The notes under the pieces: model-generated | Seen by the model: the letters and a program-made list of their open reading frames with translations, nothing else | What the model was told of the DNA's origin: nothing | Databases searched by the model: none | In this document: positions 37,877-46,384 of the stretch, piece by piece | How positions within the stretch are numbered: position 1 is the stretch's first letter | Layout: each line of letters begins with the position of its first letter | IMG/VR virus record: IMGVR_UViG_3300015615_000629 | Span: 496,711-560,710 of that record | Strand: one strand, 5' to 3' | DNA length: 64,000 nucleotides | DNA from: a virus | Taxonomy: Duplodnaviria > Heunggongvirae > Uroviricota > Caudoviricetes | Program-made: the position numbers and the translations under genes

Positions 37877-39706
37877 ATGAATTTTTCTTCGATACTAGCG
37901 GGTGGTGCCTTCGTCGGTCTTTTGGCCTCTTTTTGGGGAAAGATTCGGGCGTTGATTTGGAGGGGAGCCAACCTATTCATTCAACAAATAGAAGTCCAAG
38001 AGGGTCTAGGCATCCCTCTTTTGAATCATCTGATCGACCATCCGGATTTCAAACTGTCGCCTTTCTACGACAAAGTTTATTCCGCCACACAACACAACAC
38101 TATTGACGGCCGCCGCATCACAGTGGCGTTTGAGCGTTTTGGGGATAAGAGTATCATTTTCTGGTACAGAAAACGTTATCCTATAATGCTTTCGCAAAAC
38201 ATTGCCAACAACAATAACAACAATCAAAATAATGGAAATAATGCCGTAAATGCTTTTAACGCTGAATCGTCCGGTGGCAAGTATTTTATTACTTTTCTTC
38301 GCGGTACTGTAAACATAGATGAACTTTTTTCAAAGTGCTGCGAAACAAGAGATGTGTTGCTCACAAGTGTAAACAAGGAAAGTGCGACCAAAACTCGGCG
38401 TCACTTCATAATGCACTTTCCTGGGGACAGCGGCGAAAGTAACGGCACCCGCAAGGCCAATGAAACCAATCTAAAATTGGAATCATACCTTCGCGTTATC
38501 AACATTGAACGAAACAAATTAGGTCAAAAATATGACGAGAATAAAAGGTCGTTGGATGCTCTCATCTTTCCAAAAGAAGTAAAAAGTCTAATAAGAGAGA
38601 TTTTATCTTGGAAAGAAAGCAAACAATGGTATTCCGATAGAGATATTCCCTGGAAAAGAGGCTGGTGCTTGTATGGGCCTCCTGGGACTGGCAAAACTGC
38701 TTTGGCAAGAGCTTTTGCCGAAGATTTAGATATGCCAATTTTTGTATTTAATCTGGCCCAATTAACGAACGTAACATTCGTTGAAAAATGGAAGTATGCT
38801 CGGCAATATGCTCCTTGCATCATGTTAATCGAAGATATTGATAATGTTTTTCATGGCCGCAAAAACATTACCAGTGATAGATTAATGTTTAATTCTATAT
38901 TCGATGTTAAAGAGAAGGGCAAAGAGAAGAACAATAATCATCCTTCTAGAGAAGAGGCATACAGTACATTTGGATTAAATTTCGACGTTTTCTTAAACTG
39001 TTTGGACGGCGTTGAAAGAAACGATGGAATTTTTACCATAATTACAACCAATAAGATTGAACATATTGACGAAGCCCTCGGAAAGCCCAGAAAATTGCCG
39101 GATGGCCGAATTGAATTTATTTCAACTCGTCCTGGTAGAATAGACAAGTCCATTGAACTTACCTATATGACTAAAGAAGGTAAGATCGAAATGGCCAGAC
39201 GAATATTGTCCGAATACCCAGAAGAACACAAGAAGATACTAGAGTTTGTAGAAAAATATCTGGATTTACAAGAAACCCCCGCTCAATTCCAAGAAAGATG
39301 TGCCCAAATTGCGTTGGCTCGTTACTGGAATGAAACACATAAGTCAGAGGAAGAACTTTACTATAAAGAAAGACCCAGAGATCATACTTTAGACCTATCA
39401 AAGGGCATATTGGCTGTTGTTATAAACGAACCAACAAAGGAAGGAAATGTCATAGTCGAAGAGGGAAATTCCAATCGCCGAGTTGTTGCCACAAGGGGCT
39501 TGCCAACAGAAATTGGAAATACCGTACTCATAGATTTCGGCAAAAAGTTTATTTTAGAAACTGTTGGCTTAGAAAAGAGCCTTCCGAATGACGATGATGA
39601 TAAAGATGACGATGACAATTTTTGGGCGGACGGCCCAGAAGCCGTAGACCCCCAGCCGCCCGCCTCTGAGGACGGATTTCCAACAACGTATCAGGGTGTA
39701 AATTGA
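37877..39706 (+). CDS. BCS1-like membrane AAA+ ATPase
   Basis: N-terminal TM; IPWKRGWCLYGPPGTGKT, LIEDIDNVF, FLNCLDGV, TTNKIEHIDEAL, RPGRID. Confidence 0.8.
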   Translation: MNFSSILAGGAFVGLLASFWGKIRALIWRGANLFIQQIEVQEGLGIPLLNHLIDHPDFKLSPFYDKVYSATQHNTIDGRRITVAFERFGDKSIIFWYRKRYPIMLSQNIANNNNNNQNNGNNAVNAFNAESSGGKYFITFLRGTVNIDELFSKCCETRDVLLTSVNKESATKTRRHFIMHFPGDSGESNGTRKANETNLKLESYLRVINIERNKLGQKYDENKRSLDALIFPKEVKSLIREILSWKESKQWYSDRDIPWKRGWCLYGPPGTGKTALARAFAEDLDMPIFVFNLAQLTNVTFVEKWKYARQYAPCIMLIEDIDNVFHGRKNITSDRLMFNSIFDVKEKGKEKNNNHPSREEAYSTFGLNFDVFLNCLDGVERNDGIFTIITTNKIEHIDEALGKPRKLPDGRIEFISTRPGRIDKSIELTYMTKEGKIEMARRILSEYPEEHKKILEFVEKYLDLQETPAQFQERCAQIALARYWNETHKSEEELYYKERPRDHTLDLSKGILAVVINEPTKEGNVIVEEGNSNRRVVATRGLPTEIGNTVLIDFGKKFILETVGLEKSLPNDDDDKDDDDNFWADGPEAVDPQPPASEDGFPTTYQGVN

Positions 39707-39885
39707 GCACAGAGCCTGTCTGTTGCCAGAATAATTGTCGCTTTCAAGAAAGCGAAGGCGTGGGCTGTCTTGTATGGGTTATGTTAGTTTGGATACTATT
39801 AACGATTGGTTCTGTTGGCAGACAAGTAAGAGAATTACGCAAAGAAATAGAATCTATCAAACCGCCAGTTGCTGAACAGCCATGA
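39703..39885 (+). CDS. small membrane protein
   Basis: 60 aa, single TM (CLVWVMLVWILLTIG). Confidence 0.5.
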   Translation: MSTEPVCCQNNCRFQESEGVGCLVWVMLVWILLTIGSVGRQVRELRKEIESIKPPVAEQP

Positions 39886-40544
39886 TATCTCGCCCAGTTT
39901 ATATCGACCGCCCAAAACTTAAGTCTAACATTGTTGTTTTTCACGGATTAGGCCAAACGGCAACCTTCATACGTGACGCTTCCCAATTAACAGAACTAAT
40001 GGTTCCCGATGGTCATATCTTAATCTATCCGCAAGCAAAACAAAGGTTTTGGAGATATTGGGATACTATTCAGTGTAAAGTATTCAATTTATTTGGTTTG
40101 GATTGTCAGAATTCAGATATAAAATTCCTGCTGGATATAATTGACGATTCGCCGTTGTTTCTAGCAGGATTTTCCGCTGGAGCAACTTTTGCACAATATG
40201 CCGCTCAGCATTTAGCAGACCAAAGGGACTTAAGAGGATTAATTTGTTATGCAGGTGGAAATCCAGACGCTTGGATTGAAACTAAAAACAAATATCCTTT
40301 ATTGGCAATTAACAATCAAAACGATCCGCTGGTAGGACCAGAAGTTTTAGATAATTTAGCCAAAAAATATCACGAAGAAGGCCACGAAACACATCGCGTT
40401 ACGGTATCTTTGAAGTCCTTCTTAGACAACCATTGTTGGAATATTTCGGCTTCGAATCATATCAAGGGATTTATTGATTCAAATTTGAACAAAAGACAGT
40501 TTTCCGACAAGAAAATTTCAAGTATCGTTTTGCGTGCAAAATGA
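39882..40544 (+). CDS. alpha/beta hydrolase (esterase/depolymerase-like)
   Basis: VVFHGLG, LAGFSAGA (GxSxG), NDPLV, NHCW. Confidence 0.8.
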   Translation: MISRPVYIDRPKLKSNIVVFHGLGQTATFIRDASQLTELMVPDGHILIYPQAKQRFWRYWDTIQCKVFNLFGLDCQNSDIKFLLDIIDDSPLFLAGFSAGATFAQYAAQHLADQRDLRGLICYAGGNPDAWIETKNKYPLLAINNQNDPLVGPEVLDNLAKKYHEEGHETHRVTVSLKSFLDNHCWNISASNHIKGFIDSNLNKRQFSDKKISSIVLRAK

Positions 40545-40984
40545 AATACGAAGTGCATGAATCTTCTCGTTTTGTGTATGGCCAAACCAGACCAACAAAG
40601 ATTCTATGTAAAATTTTCGAACCTTGTCGGAGAACTGTAATTGTTTCCACAAACTATAAGCCAAAAATAGAAATATGTACCCCTATTTTCATCAACGTCC
40701 CAAAGATACGGTTTCATGTTGAGGTAATGTCAACCAATATTTTCAAGGATACAGGTGTAAAACTGCCAGAAGGTCATTGGTTCTGTAATAGTCTATCTGT
40801 AGATATTATGAAAAACAACCAATGGGATATTCCCTTTATACCAAATACAACTCATGGTATGGTCTGTTTGGGACGTTTTTGGGGTGTTGGTTCCAACGAA
40901 GAAGACTCTGCCGACAAAACAATAGACTATTTTTGGGAATCTAAGTTTTCTACCACTATGCCAGCAGAACTTTTCTTTCTTTAG
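40541..40984 (+). CDS. E2-like (Prok-E2_D-type) paralogue 1
   Basis: PCRRTVI ... PKIRF ... IPNTTHGMVCLG ... IDYFWESKF. Confidence 0.65.
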   Translation: MKYEVHESSRFVYGQTRPTKILCKIFEPCRRTVIVSTNYKPKIEICTPIFINVPKIRFHVEVMSTNIFKDTGVKLPEGHWFCNSLSVDIMKNNQWDIPFIPNTTHGMVCLGRFWGVGSNEEDSADKTIDYFWESKFSTTMPAELFFL

Positions 40985-40994
40985 AGGTTATAAA

Positions 40995-41354
40995 ATGTTC
41001 TCCCGTAGGTTCTTTATGGGCGGATTGCTCGCAATTATAGGAACCAAAAACTTCAAATCTGAACCACAAAACACTCAAAGCCTGCCTAAAGTAATTTTCA
41101 AAAACGATGAGATTCTAAGAATAGAAGGAATAGATTTAGACAAACCCGTTAAAGACCTAATCGCATGGGTCAATAAAGAAGATGCTTTCCTATCTGGAAG
41201 ACACCTGATATATGGGAAAATTAAAGTAAACATAGTCCTTGAAGAAAAGTTTCAAGAAACTATCGCAAATATCGAGTTGCTTTCTATCAAAGAGAGTTTC
41301 CAAGTCAAAGCGAACCATTCGCTATTCTCTAAAAAAATCAGGTTTGTAGCATGA
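40995..41354 (+). CDS. hypothetical protein with twin-arginine-like signal
   Basis: MFSRRFFMGGLLAIIG matches S-R-R-x-F; GAGG RBS. Confidence 0.55.
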   Translation: MFSRRFFMGGLLAIIGTKNFKSEPQNTQSLPKVIFKNDEILRIEGIDLDKPVKDLIAWVNKEDAFLSGRHLIYGKIKVNIVLEEKFQETIANIELLSIKESFQVKANHSLFSKKIRFVA

Positions 41355-42046
41355 TTTCAATAACCACAGTTACCGGTGCTGACGATTCAACCAACATCAA
41401 CAGAATGGTTGAACTATCTGCAAAATACGAAAAAACAGAATGGGGAATTCTTGTTTCCGGAAAGAGCGAAGGCTACGGCCGATTTCCATCTAGAAATTGG
41501 CAAAAGGAATTATTCGCCGCCTGGAAAGAATCACCAATTTCTCTGTCTGCCCATTTTTGCGGGGCTTTTGTAAGAAATGTCTGTAGCGGCAATTGGGATG
41601 TTTTGGAAGAAATTCCATACCAAATGTTTTCTAGGATTCAACTCAATTTCCACGGATATGTTCACAAAATCACCGATGTTCAGAAGTTTTCAGATGGATT
41701 CAAAGACCCCCGTCTGAAAAACGTTGAATTCATCTTTCAAATTGACAATGTGAATAATCGGGTGCTGGAGATTGCGAAAGATTCAGGAATAAACGCCTAT
41801 CCCCTCTTTGATCTTTCCGGTGGAGCTGGTAGACTGCCTGATAGTTGGCCATTGGCTATCGGGTATTCTGGATATGCGGGCGGACTCTCTGCCGAAAATC
41901 TAGCCAAACAACTCCCTCTAATCGAAAAAGCCGCCAGAAACAACAACTTCTGGATTGACGCCGAAACCAAACTCAGAACCGACGATGATTCTGAGTTAAA
42001 CATGGAATTTGTAGAAAAATATCTCGAAATAGGAGGAACCTATTAA
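41351..42046 (+). CDS. TrpF (phosphoribosylanthranilate isomerase)-like TIM-barrel protein
   Basis: TVTGAD, IQLNFHG, LFDLSGGAG, GYAGGLSAENL, WIDAET. Confidence 0.6.
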   Translation: MISITTVTGADDSTNINRMVELSAKYEKTEWGILVSGKSEGYGRFPSRNWQKELFAAWKESPISLSAHFCGAFVRNVCSGNWDVLEEIPYQMFSRIQLNFHGYVHKITDVQKFSDGFKDPRLKNVEFIFQIDNVNNRVLEIAKDSGINAYPLFDLSGGAGRLPDSWPLAIGYSGYAGGLSAENLAKQLPLIEKAARNNNFWIDAETKLRTDDDSELNMEFVEKYLEIGGTY

Positions 42047-42894
42047 TGTTACGTTTTATCTTGCCGGTTTTATTGCTTACTTCTTTTTGCCGTGCTGTAG
42101 AACCTATTACCTTCTATGACATAGAGGTTCGGGGACTTTCTAGCGTTAGAAATACCAAAGAGCATAAATCAATAGAAATGTTCTTTGAGAAAATCCCGCC
42201 AATTATGGCTGGTGACGTATTTGAATATCAAGGAAACCAATATATTGCCTATCAAATGGAAGTTAAGATTTTATCTTCTCCTAATTTGTACGCAATACAA
42301 GCAGATATTCCAGAAGAAATTAGTTTCGCTAATTCAGCATTCAAAATGCGGGAAAAGCCAACGTACTGGACTGTATCAGCAGACAACAAAACAATAGAGC
42401 GAAGGGCTGCTATTTTGCCCGAAGCCACAGATAAGACGGAAAACGAACGGGAATTTTCTTTCTACGAAAGATTAAAAAGAGAACAAGATAGAAAGCCCGA
42501 GTTAGTAGAAGATGAAGGAGGGACAGCCGTTTCCCTAAAAGCAAACCATTGGTCTAACGACTTAACACTACCCGACAGGATCATTGTTGGTAAATTTGCT
42601 CGTTTTAAATACAAAGGTTTCGGTTCATGCGAATGTTGCGGGCGACCTTGGACGATTTGTGTGGGACATGATACCTTTTATAAAAAGTTTTCCGAGAAAG
42701 AGAAACAAGAAACTTTCGAACAAGCAGGAGTTACACCTCTTGATATCTCTTGTTTCCCCCTTTGCAATCAATGCTGGGAAGAAAACTCTATTGAAGAACG
42801 TTTAGTTTATTACCGCCAATTGTGGAAGAAACACCACGAGCCAAGCCCAGAAGATTGGGAACGAATTGAATCCGCCGTTAAGGCAGGAAACTAG
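42046..42894 (+). CDS. secreted/exported hypothetical protein with Cys motifs
   Basis: Signal peptide MLRFILPVLLLTSFCRA; CECCGRPW and CFPLCNQCW. Confidence 0.6.
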   Translation: MLRFILPVLLLTSFCRAVEPITFYDIEVRGLSSVRNTKEHKSIEMFFEKIPPIMAGDVFEYQGNQYIAYQMEVKILSSPNLYAIQADIPEEISFANSAFKMREKPTYWTVSADNKTIERRAAILPEATDKTENEREFSFYERLKREQDRKPELVEDEGGTAVSLKANHWSNDLTLPDRIIVGKFARFKYKGFGSCECCGRPWTICVGHDTFYKKFSEKEKQETFEQAGVTPLDISCFPLCNQCWEENSIEERLVYYRQLWKKHHEPSPEDWERIESAVKAGN

Positions 42895-42902
42895 GAGAAA
42901 TA

Positions 42903-43229
42903 ATGAATAACATGCAAATAATAGGTAGTTCGCTCTTTGTCCAATTATCCAACTCGGCCTATTCTTTTCTTTTAAGAAAAGATGGTTTGGCAGGAATCAT
43001 TCTAACTAACAAATTAGCCGATTACATTAATACCGATGGAAATGTAAAAGGTGTTGATTTTACTTATACTTTTAACAAAAACAGGTATAAGTATAGAAAT
43101 GGATATTTCTATTATTTGGATAAAAAGAGTCTGGTAACTTTAACCGTAAAAGAGATGGTAAAACGCTGCGAAATTCTCGTTGAAAGGGAAGTTCTGAAAA
43201 CCGAAAAAGAGCTTCTTGTGGCTTGTTGA
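42903..43229 (+). CDS. hypothetical protein
   Basis: 108 aa; AGGAG RBS. Confidence 0.6.
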   Translation: MNNMQIIGSSLFVQLSNSAYSFLLRKDGLAGIILTNKLADYINTDGNVKGVDFTYTFNKNRYKYRNGYFYYLDKKSLVTLTVKEMVKRCEILVEREVLKTEKELLVAC

Positions 43230-43254
43230 CAACGATGTTACATCGTGCTAAAAT
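43226..43254 (+). promoter_or_regulatory. near-consensus sigma70 promoter with palindromic operator in the spacer
   Basis: TTGACA-ACGATGT-T-ACATCGT-GC-TAAAAT; 17-bp spacer with extended TG. Confidence 0.75.
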
Positions 43255-43272
43255 GTGGTTTTACCATATCCC

Positions 43273-43297
43273 AAAGGCTGCTACGGCAGCCTTTTTT
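43273..43297 (+). terminator. intrinsic terminator hairpin just downstream of the promoter
   Basis: AAAGGCTGC-TACG-GCAGCCTTT-TTT. Confidence 0.7.
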
Positions 43298-43310
43298 CTT
43301 GGAGGATGCG

Positions 43311-43532
43311 TTGAAATTTTACGTTGCGTGTGCTTTTAGCGATTTTCATAAACCCGTTTGGACACACCCATTTAGGATTACTCAGGACATAGAGAAAGAA
43401 GCGGAGTTTGCAGTAAAATTGGCCAACGGAGGGGACGTTAGGGGCCTCAAAACCATAAAAGTTTTCCAACTGCCTGAATCACCAGTGTTTGAAGGAAAAC
43501 TTCAAGAGGTGCCAATTGAAACTGGAAATTAA
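43311..43532 (+). CDS. hypothetical protein
   Basis: TTG start behind GGAGG (43301); 73 aa. Confidence 0.55.
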   Translation: MKFYVACAFSDFHKPVWTHPFRITQDIEKEAEFAVKLANGGDVRGLKTIKVFQLPESPVFEGKLQEVPIETGN

Positions 43533-43986
43533 CAAATCTCAGACATTGAGTATCGGCTTTCCAGAGAAGTTAAGAACAGTCATTTTCAATGACGAACCCG
43601 TTCCCCTCCTATTTCCAAAACATCGTTTTCTGCTTACAATCCAAAGAACAGATAAAGATTTCCTCCTTAACGACATCAGATTGCTAGTTGGAAATAGTTC
43701 AGTCCCGCCACTTCCAAATACTCATCTGGGTTATGTTTGTCTAGACCGCGAAGTATATGGTTCCAATATACACGATATCATTTTCCAATCCATCAACTTG
43801 TTTTGGACAACTAGGTTTTCCGATTTAGAAAATTCAGAAGATTATTTGCCTTTGTCTCGTTGGCTTAAGTTGTCCAAAAAAGGCAGATTTTCATTAAATG
43901 ACTTCAAGCCCATATCTTTAAACAATGTTTTCTCGCCGCCCTATCAAAACATTACTCTAGATGAGGTTGAAGGCTTGTTCAAGTGA
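43516..43986 (+). CDS. E2-like paralogue 2
   Basis: PEKLRTVI ... FPKHRF ... LPNTHLGYVCLD ... INLFWTTRF; TTG start behind GAGG. Confidence 0.65.
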   Translation: MKLEINKSQTLSIGFPEKLRTVIFNDEPVPLLFPKHRFLLTIQRTDKDFLLNDIRLLVGNSSVPPLPNTHLGYVCLDREVYGSNIHDIIFQSINLFWTTRFSDLENSEDYLPLSRWLKLSKKGRFSLNDFKPISLNNVFSPPYQNITLDEVEGLFK

Positions 43987-44306
43987 TAGGCAAAAAAGAA
44001 ATACGCCTAATTTTTAGAACCTCTGTCTTTAAACGAGACAAATATACGTGCCAAGGTTGTGGCAAGACCCTTCCCGAAGAAGATATCGACGCACACCATA
44101 TTAAAAATCGCTCCGAAATGCCTAACGGAGGCTATGTCCCTTCAAACGGCATAACTTTGTGTAAGGCTGTTTGCCATTTAAAAGCAGAGAAGTTTCATAT
44201 AACAGGTGGAAAAGAATGGGAGGAAGGATTCCATCCCAACGATTTGTTTAAGAAAATTGGTTCTTCCGAAGAACAGGCTATTGAAGATGCAATTAAGATT
44301 AAATAA
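43983..44306 (+). CDS. HNH endonuclease
   Basis: RDKYTCQGCG, DAHHI, NGITLC..CH. Confidence 0.85.
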   Translation: MIGKKEIRLIFRTSVFKRDKYTCQGCGKTLPEEDIDAHHIKNRSEMPNGGYVPSNGITLCKAVCHLKAEKFHITGGKEWEEGFHPNDLFKKIGSSEEQAIEDAIKIK

Positions 44307-44820
44307 GGAAGATCATGTTTTCGCCGTTCATTTTCCCGCTCAAAAAAGAACCGTTTTGGAAAATAGCTCTCTGGAGTTCTCAGAAACTCCCGTAGATGGT
44401 GAGCCAGCAATATTGCAGATGCCAAATTTCGCCTTTATTTTTGATATCTTTTTTTCAGGAGGAAGAATAACATTCGACGAAGCAAGTTCTTTAATGATCG
44501 TAGGACATGACAATGATGGTTATTTTCATTTGGGATTAGGTGCATGTATAGGACACCATAGATATCGTTTCAAAATCAAAGAAACAAAAGGCATGATTTC
44601 GAAAGTTATAAATAAATTTTGGTTTACACGTTTCTACAGACCCTATGGAAGTCAGCCCGCAACAACATTAGCCATCAATCGAGCAATACAAACAAAATCC
44701 CGCTGCAGTTATCGCTTTTCTGCTGTCGATGGACGCCGAATTGGCTTATTTGACGAACGCTTTGAGCCAACAACCATAGAAGAACTAATATCCTACTTTA
44801 AGGAAATAAATGAAAAGTAA
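44287..44820 (+). CDS. E2-like paralogue 3
   Basis: FPAQKRTVL ... MPNFAF ... LGLGACIG ... INKFWFTRF. Confidence 0.6.
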   Translation: MQLRLNKEDHVFAVHFPAQKRTVLENSSLEFSETPVDGEPAILQMPNFAFIFDIFFSGGRITFDEASSLMIVGHDNDGYFHLGLGACIGHHRYRFKIKETKGMISKVINKFWFTRFYRPYGSQPATTLAINRAIQTKSRCSYRFSAVDGRRIGLFDERFEPTTIEELISYFKEINEK

Positions 44821-45337
44821 ACAGGTTTCAGTAAGAAAAGAACGCCACACATTGAGCGGCTTTGTTGTAAAGGTAAAATTACCAACGCAGTACCGAACCA
44901 TATTGATACGAAACCAGCCGTATTATCTAAAATTCACTAAACCAGAATTTAGGATAAAAATTTTCAGGGAACTCGATGGCTTTAGAGTCGGTTCTTTACG
45001 GTTACAACTTAACGGAAAAACGCCACCCCTTCCAAACACAACAAGGTCCGGACAAGTTTGTCTTGGGAGAAGAATACGCGGCAAATCTCTTGTTAAAGTA
45101 GCACAAATCGCTATTGAGAGGTTTTGGTCTACTAGATTCCACTCCAAAAATAAAAACTCAAGTGCCTTTGAAAAATGGAAAAAATCTTCCTTAAAAGGAA
45201 AGACAGCAAGACCAAAACCAATTGATTGGACGCCACTAGAGAAATATTCATCCAAACTGAAAGAAGGGTCGTGCGATGTGAAACTGGAGGTAGTTCCAAC
45301 AGGAGGTCTTTTACTACAAATGCTGACAAGACGGTAG
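44810..45337 (+). CDS. E2-like paralogue 4
   Basis: PTQYRTIL ... LPNTTRSGQVCLG ... IERFWSTRF ... PKPIDW. Confidence 0.7.
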   Translation: MKSKQVSVRKERHTLSGFVVKVKLPTQYRTILIRNQPYYLKFTKPEFRIKIFRELDGFRVGSLRLQLNGKTPPLPNTTRSGQVCLGRRIRGKSLVKVAQIAIERFWSTRFHSKNKNSSAFEKWKKSSLKGKTARPKPIDWTPLEKYSSKLKEGSCDVKLEVVPTGGLLLQMLTRR

Positions 45338-45340
45338 TTT

Positions 45341-45748
45341 ATGTTAGATTTAAAAAAACTTCAATTTAAAGGAGATACCGCTAAACGTCTAAAGATGTGG
45401 CAAAAGAATCCACATTGCTATTGGTGCAAAAAATGGATTTCTTTCGAAGAAGCCACAATTGAACACGTTCAGCCACGATCCCTTGGTGGCAAAAACAATA
45501 AGAAGAACCTTAAATTGGCTTGCAGACCATGTAATGGCAATCGTGGAAATAACAAATATTGGCAAGTCGGTGAAGCCTCTGCAAAATGCTATATTTGTGG
45601 CAAAGTTCAAAAAACCAAAGCCTATACAAACGAAGCAGCTAAGTTGCTTCTAAAGGCTGATGGTTGGCATCGCTGGCGTGGTTATACGGTCTGTTCTAAA
45701 TGTTGTGAACAAGTAAAACATTTACCCCTGTTCGAGGAATTCTATTAG
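45341..45748 (+). CDS. HNH endonuclease with C-terminal zinc ribbon
   Basis: CYWC, TIEHVQPRSLGG, NLKLACRPCNGNRGN; CYIC...CSKC. Confidence 0.85.
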   Translation: MLDLKKLQFKGDTAKRLKMWQKNPHCYWCKKWISFEEATIEHVQPRSLGGKNNKKNLKLACRPCNGNRGNNKYWQVGEASAKCYICGKVQKTKAYTNEAAKLLLKADGWHRWRGYTVCSKCCEQVKHLPLFEEFY

Positions 45749-46200
45749 TGAAAGCACCTGTCCTTCCCGTCCCCGCCTATTATTTCGAAATTTCTCCAAA
45801 AAAGCAGTCGCTAGTTTATCACCTGCCAAGGAAACACCTTATCGAACTAATCAGATCGGGAAAGGTAAAAAGTTCTGCCCTTTTTGAATTCCAGCATGGT
45901 TTACAAACTTTGGTAAACCACGAATGCTATCGCCAAATAGAAGAAGATTACTGGTTCAAACCGCCACTAAATCCTAATCTATTATTCAAAGCCTTTAAAG
46001 GATTTCAAATATATTCTCGACCCAAATCTATATCTTTTGGCTTTATCGCAGCCCATTATCTTGAAGAATATGCCATCCATGTTCAAAACCTCGATTTAAA
46101 AGACAATCCACCCAAATATGCTTGCCAAAGCCTAACCATTGATCAACAACGTTGGTGCATCCTTAAAGCCAAGAAAAGTTGGGAAAATGTTACCTCTTAA
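45748..46200 (+). CDS. hypothetical protein
   Basis: 150-aa ORF, GAGG RBS; lacks the E2-like motifs. Confidence 0.55.
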   Translation: MKAPVLPVPAYYFEISPKKQSLVYHLPRKHLIELIRSGKVKSSALFEFQHGLQTLVNHECYRQIEEDYWFKPPLNPNLLFKAFKGFQIYSRPKSISFGFIAAHYLEEYAIHVQNLDLKDNPPKYACQSLTIDQQRWCILKAKKSWENVTS

Positions 46201-46384
46201 ATTAAAAGATATGAATGACGAAACTAAAAAGATTATCGAAGAAAAAGATGCTTTAATTAAAACACTCAAAGAACGTATAAACCAGTTGCAAAATTTGTTG
46301 TCTTTATACCAACAATCCGCTTCCAGACAATACAGTCACAATCAGGACTACCATCCATACGGAGATGATGAATATGACCGTTAG
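46187..46384 (+). CDS. small coiled-coil hypothetical protein
   Basis: IIEEKDALIKTLKERINQLQNLL heptads. Confidence 0.5.
   Translation: MLPLKLKDMNDETKKIIEEKDALIKTLKERINQLQNLLSLYQQSASRQYSHNQDYHPYGDDEYDR

Noticed and set aside
45748-46200. Additional E2-like paralogue
   Set aside because: Lacks the RT, PN..G.xC and FW blocks; the same applies to 49443-49796 and 50263-50649
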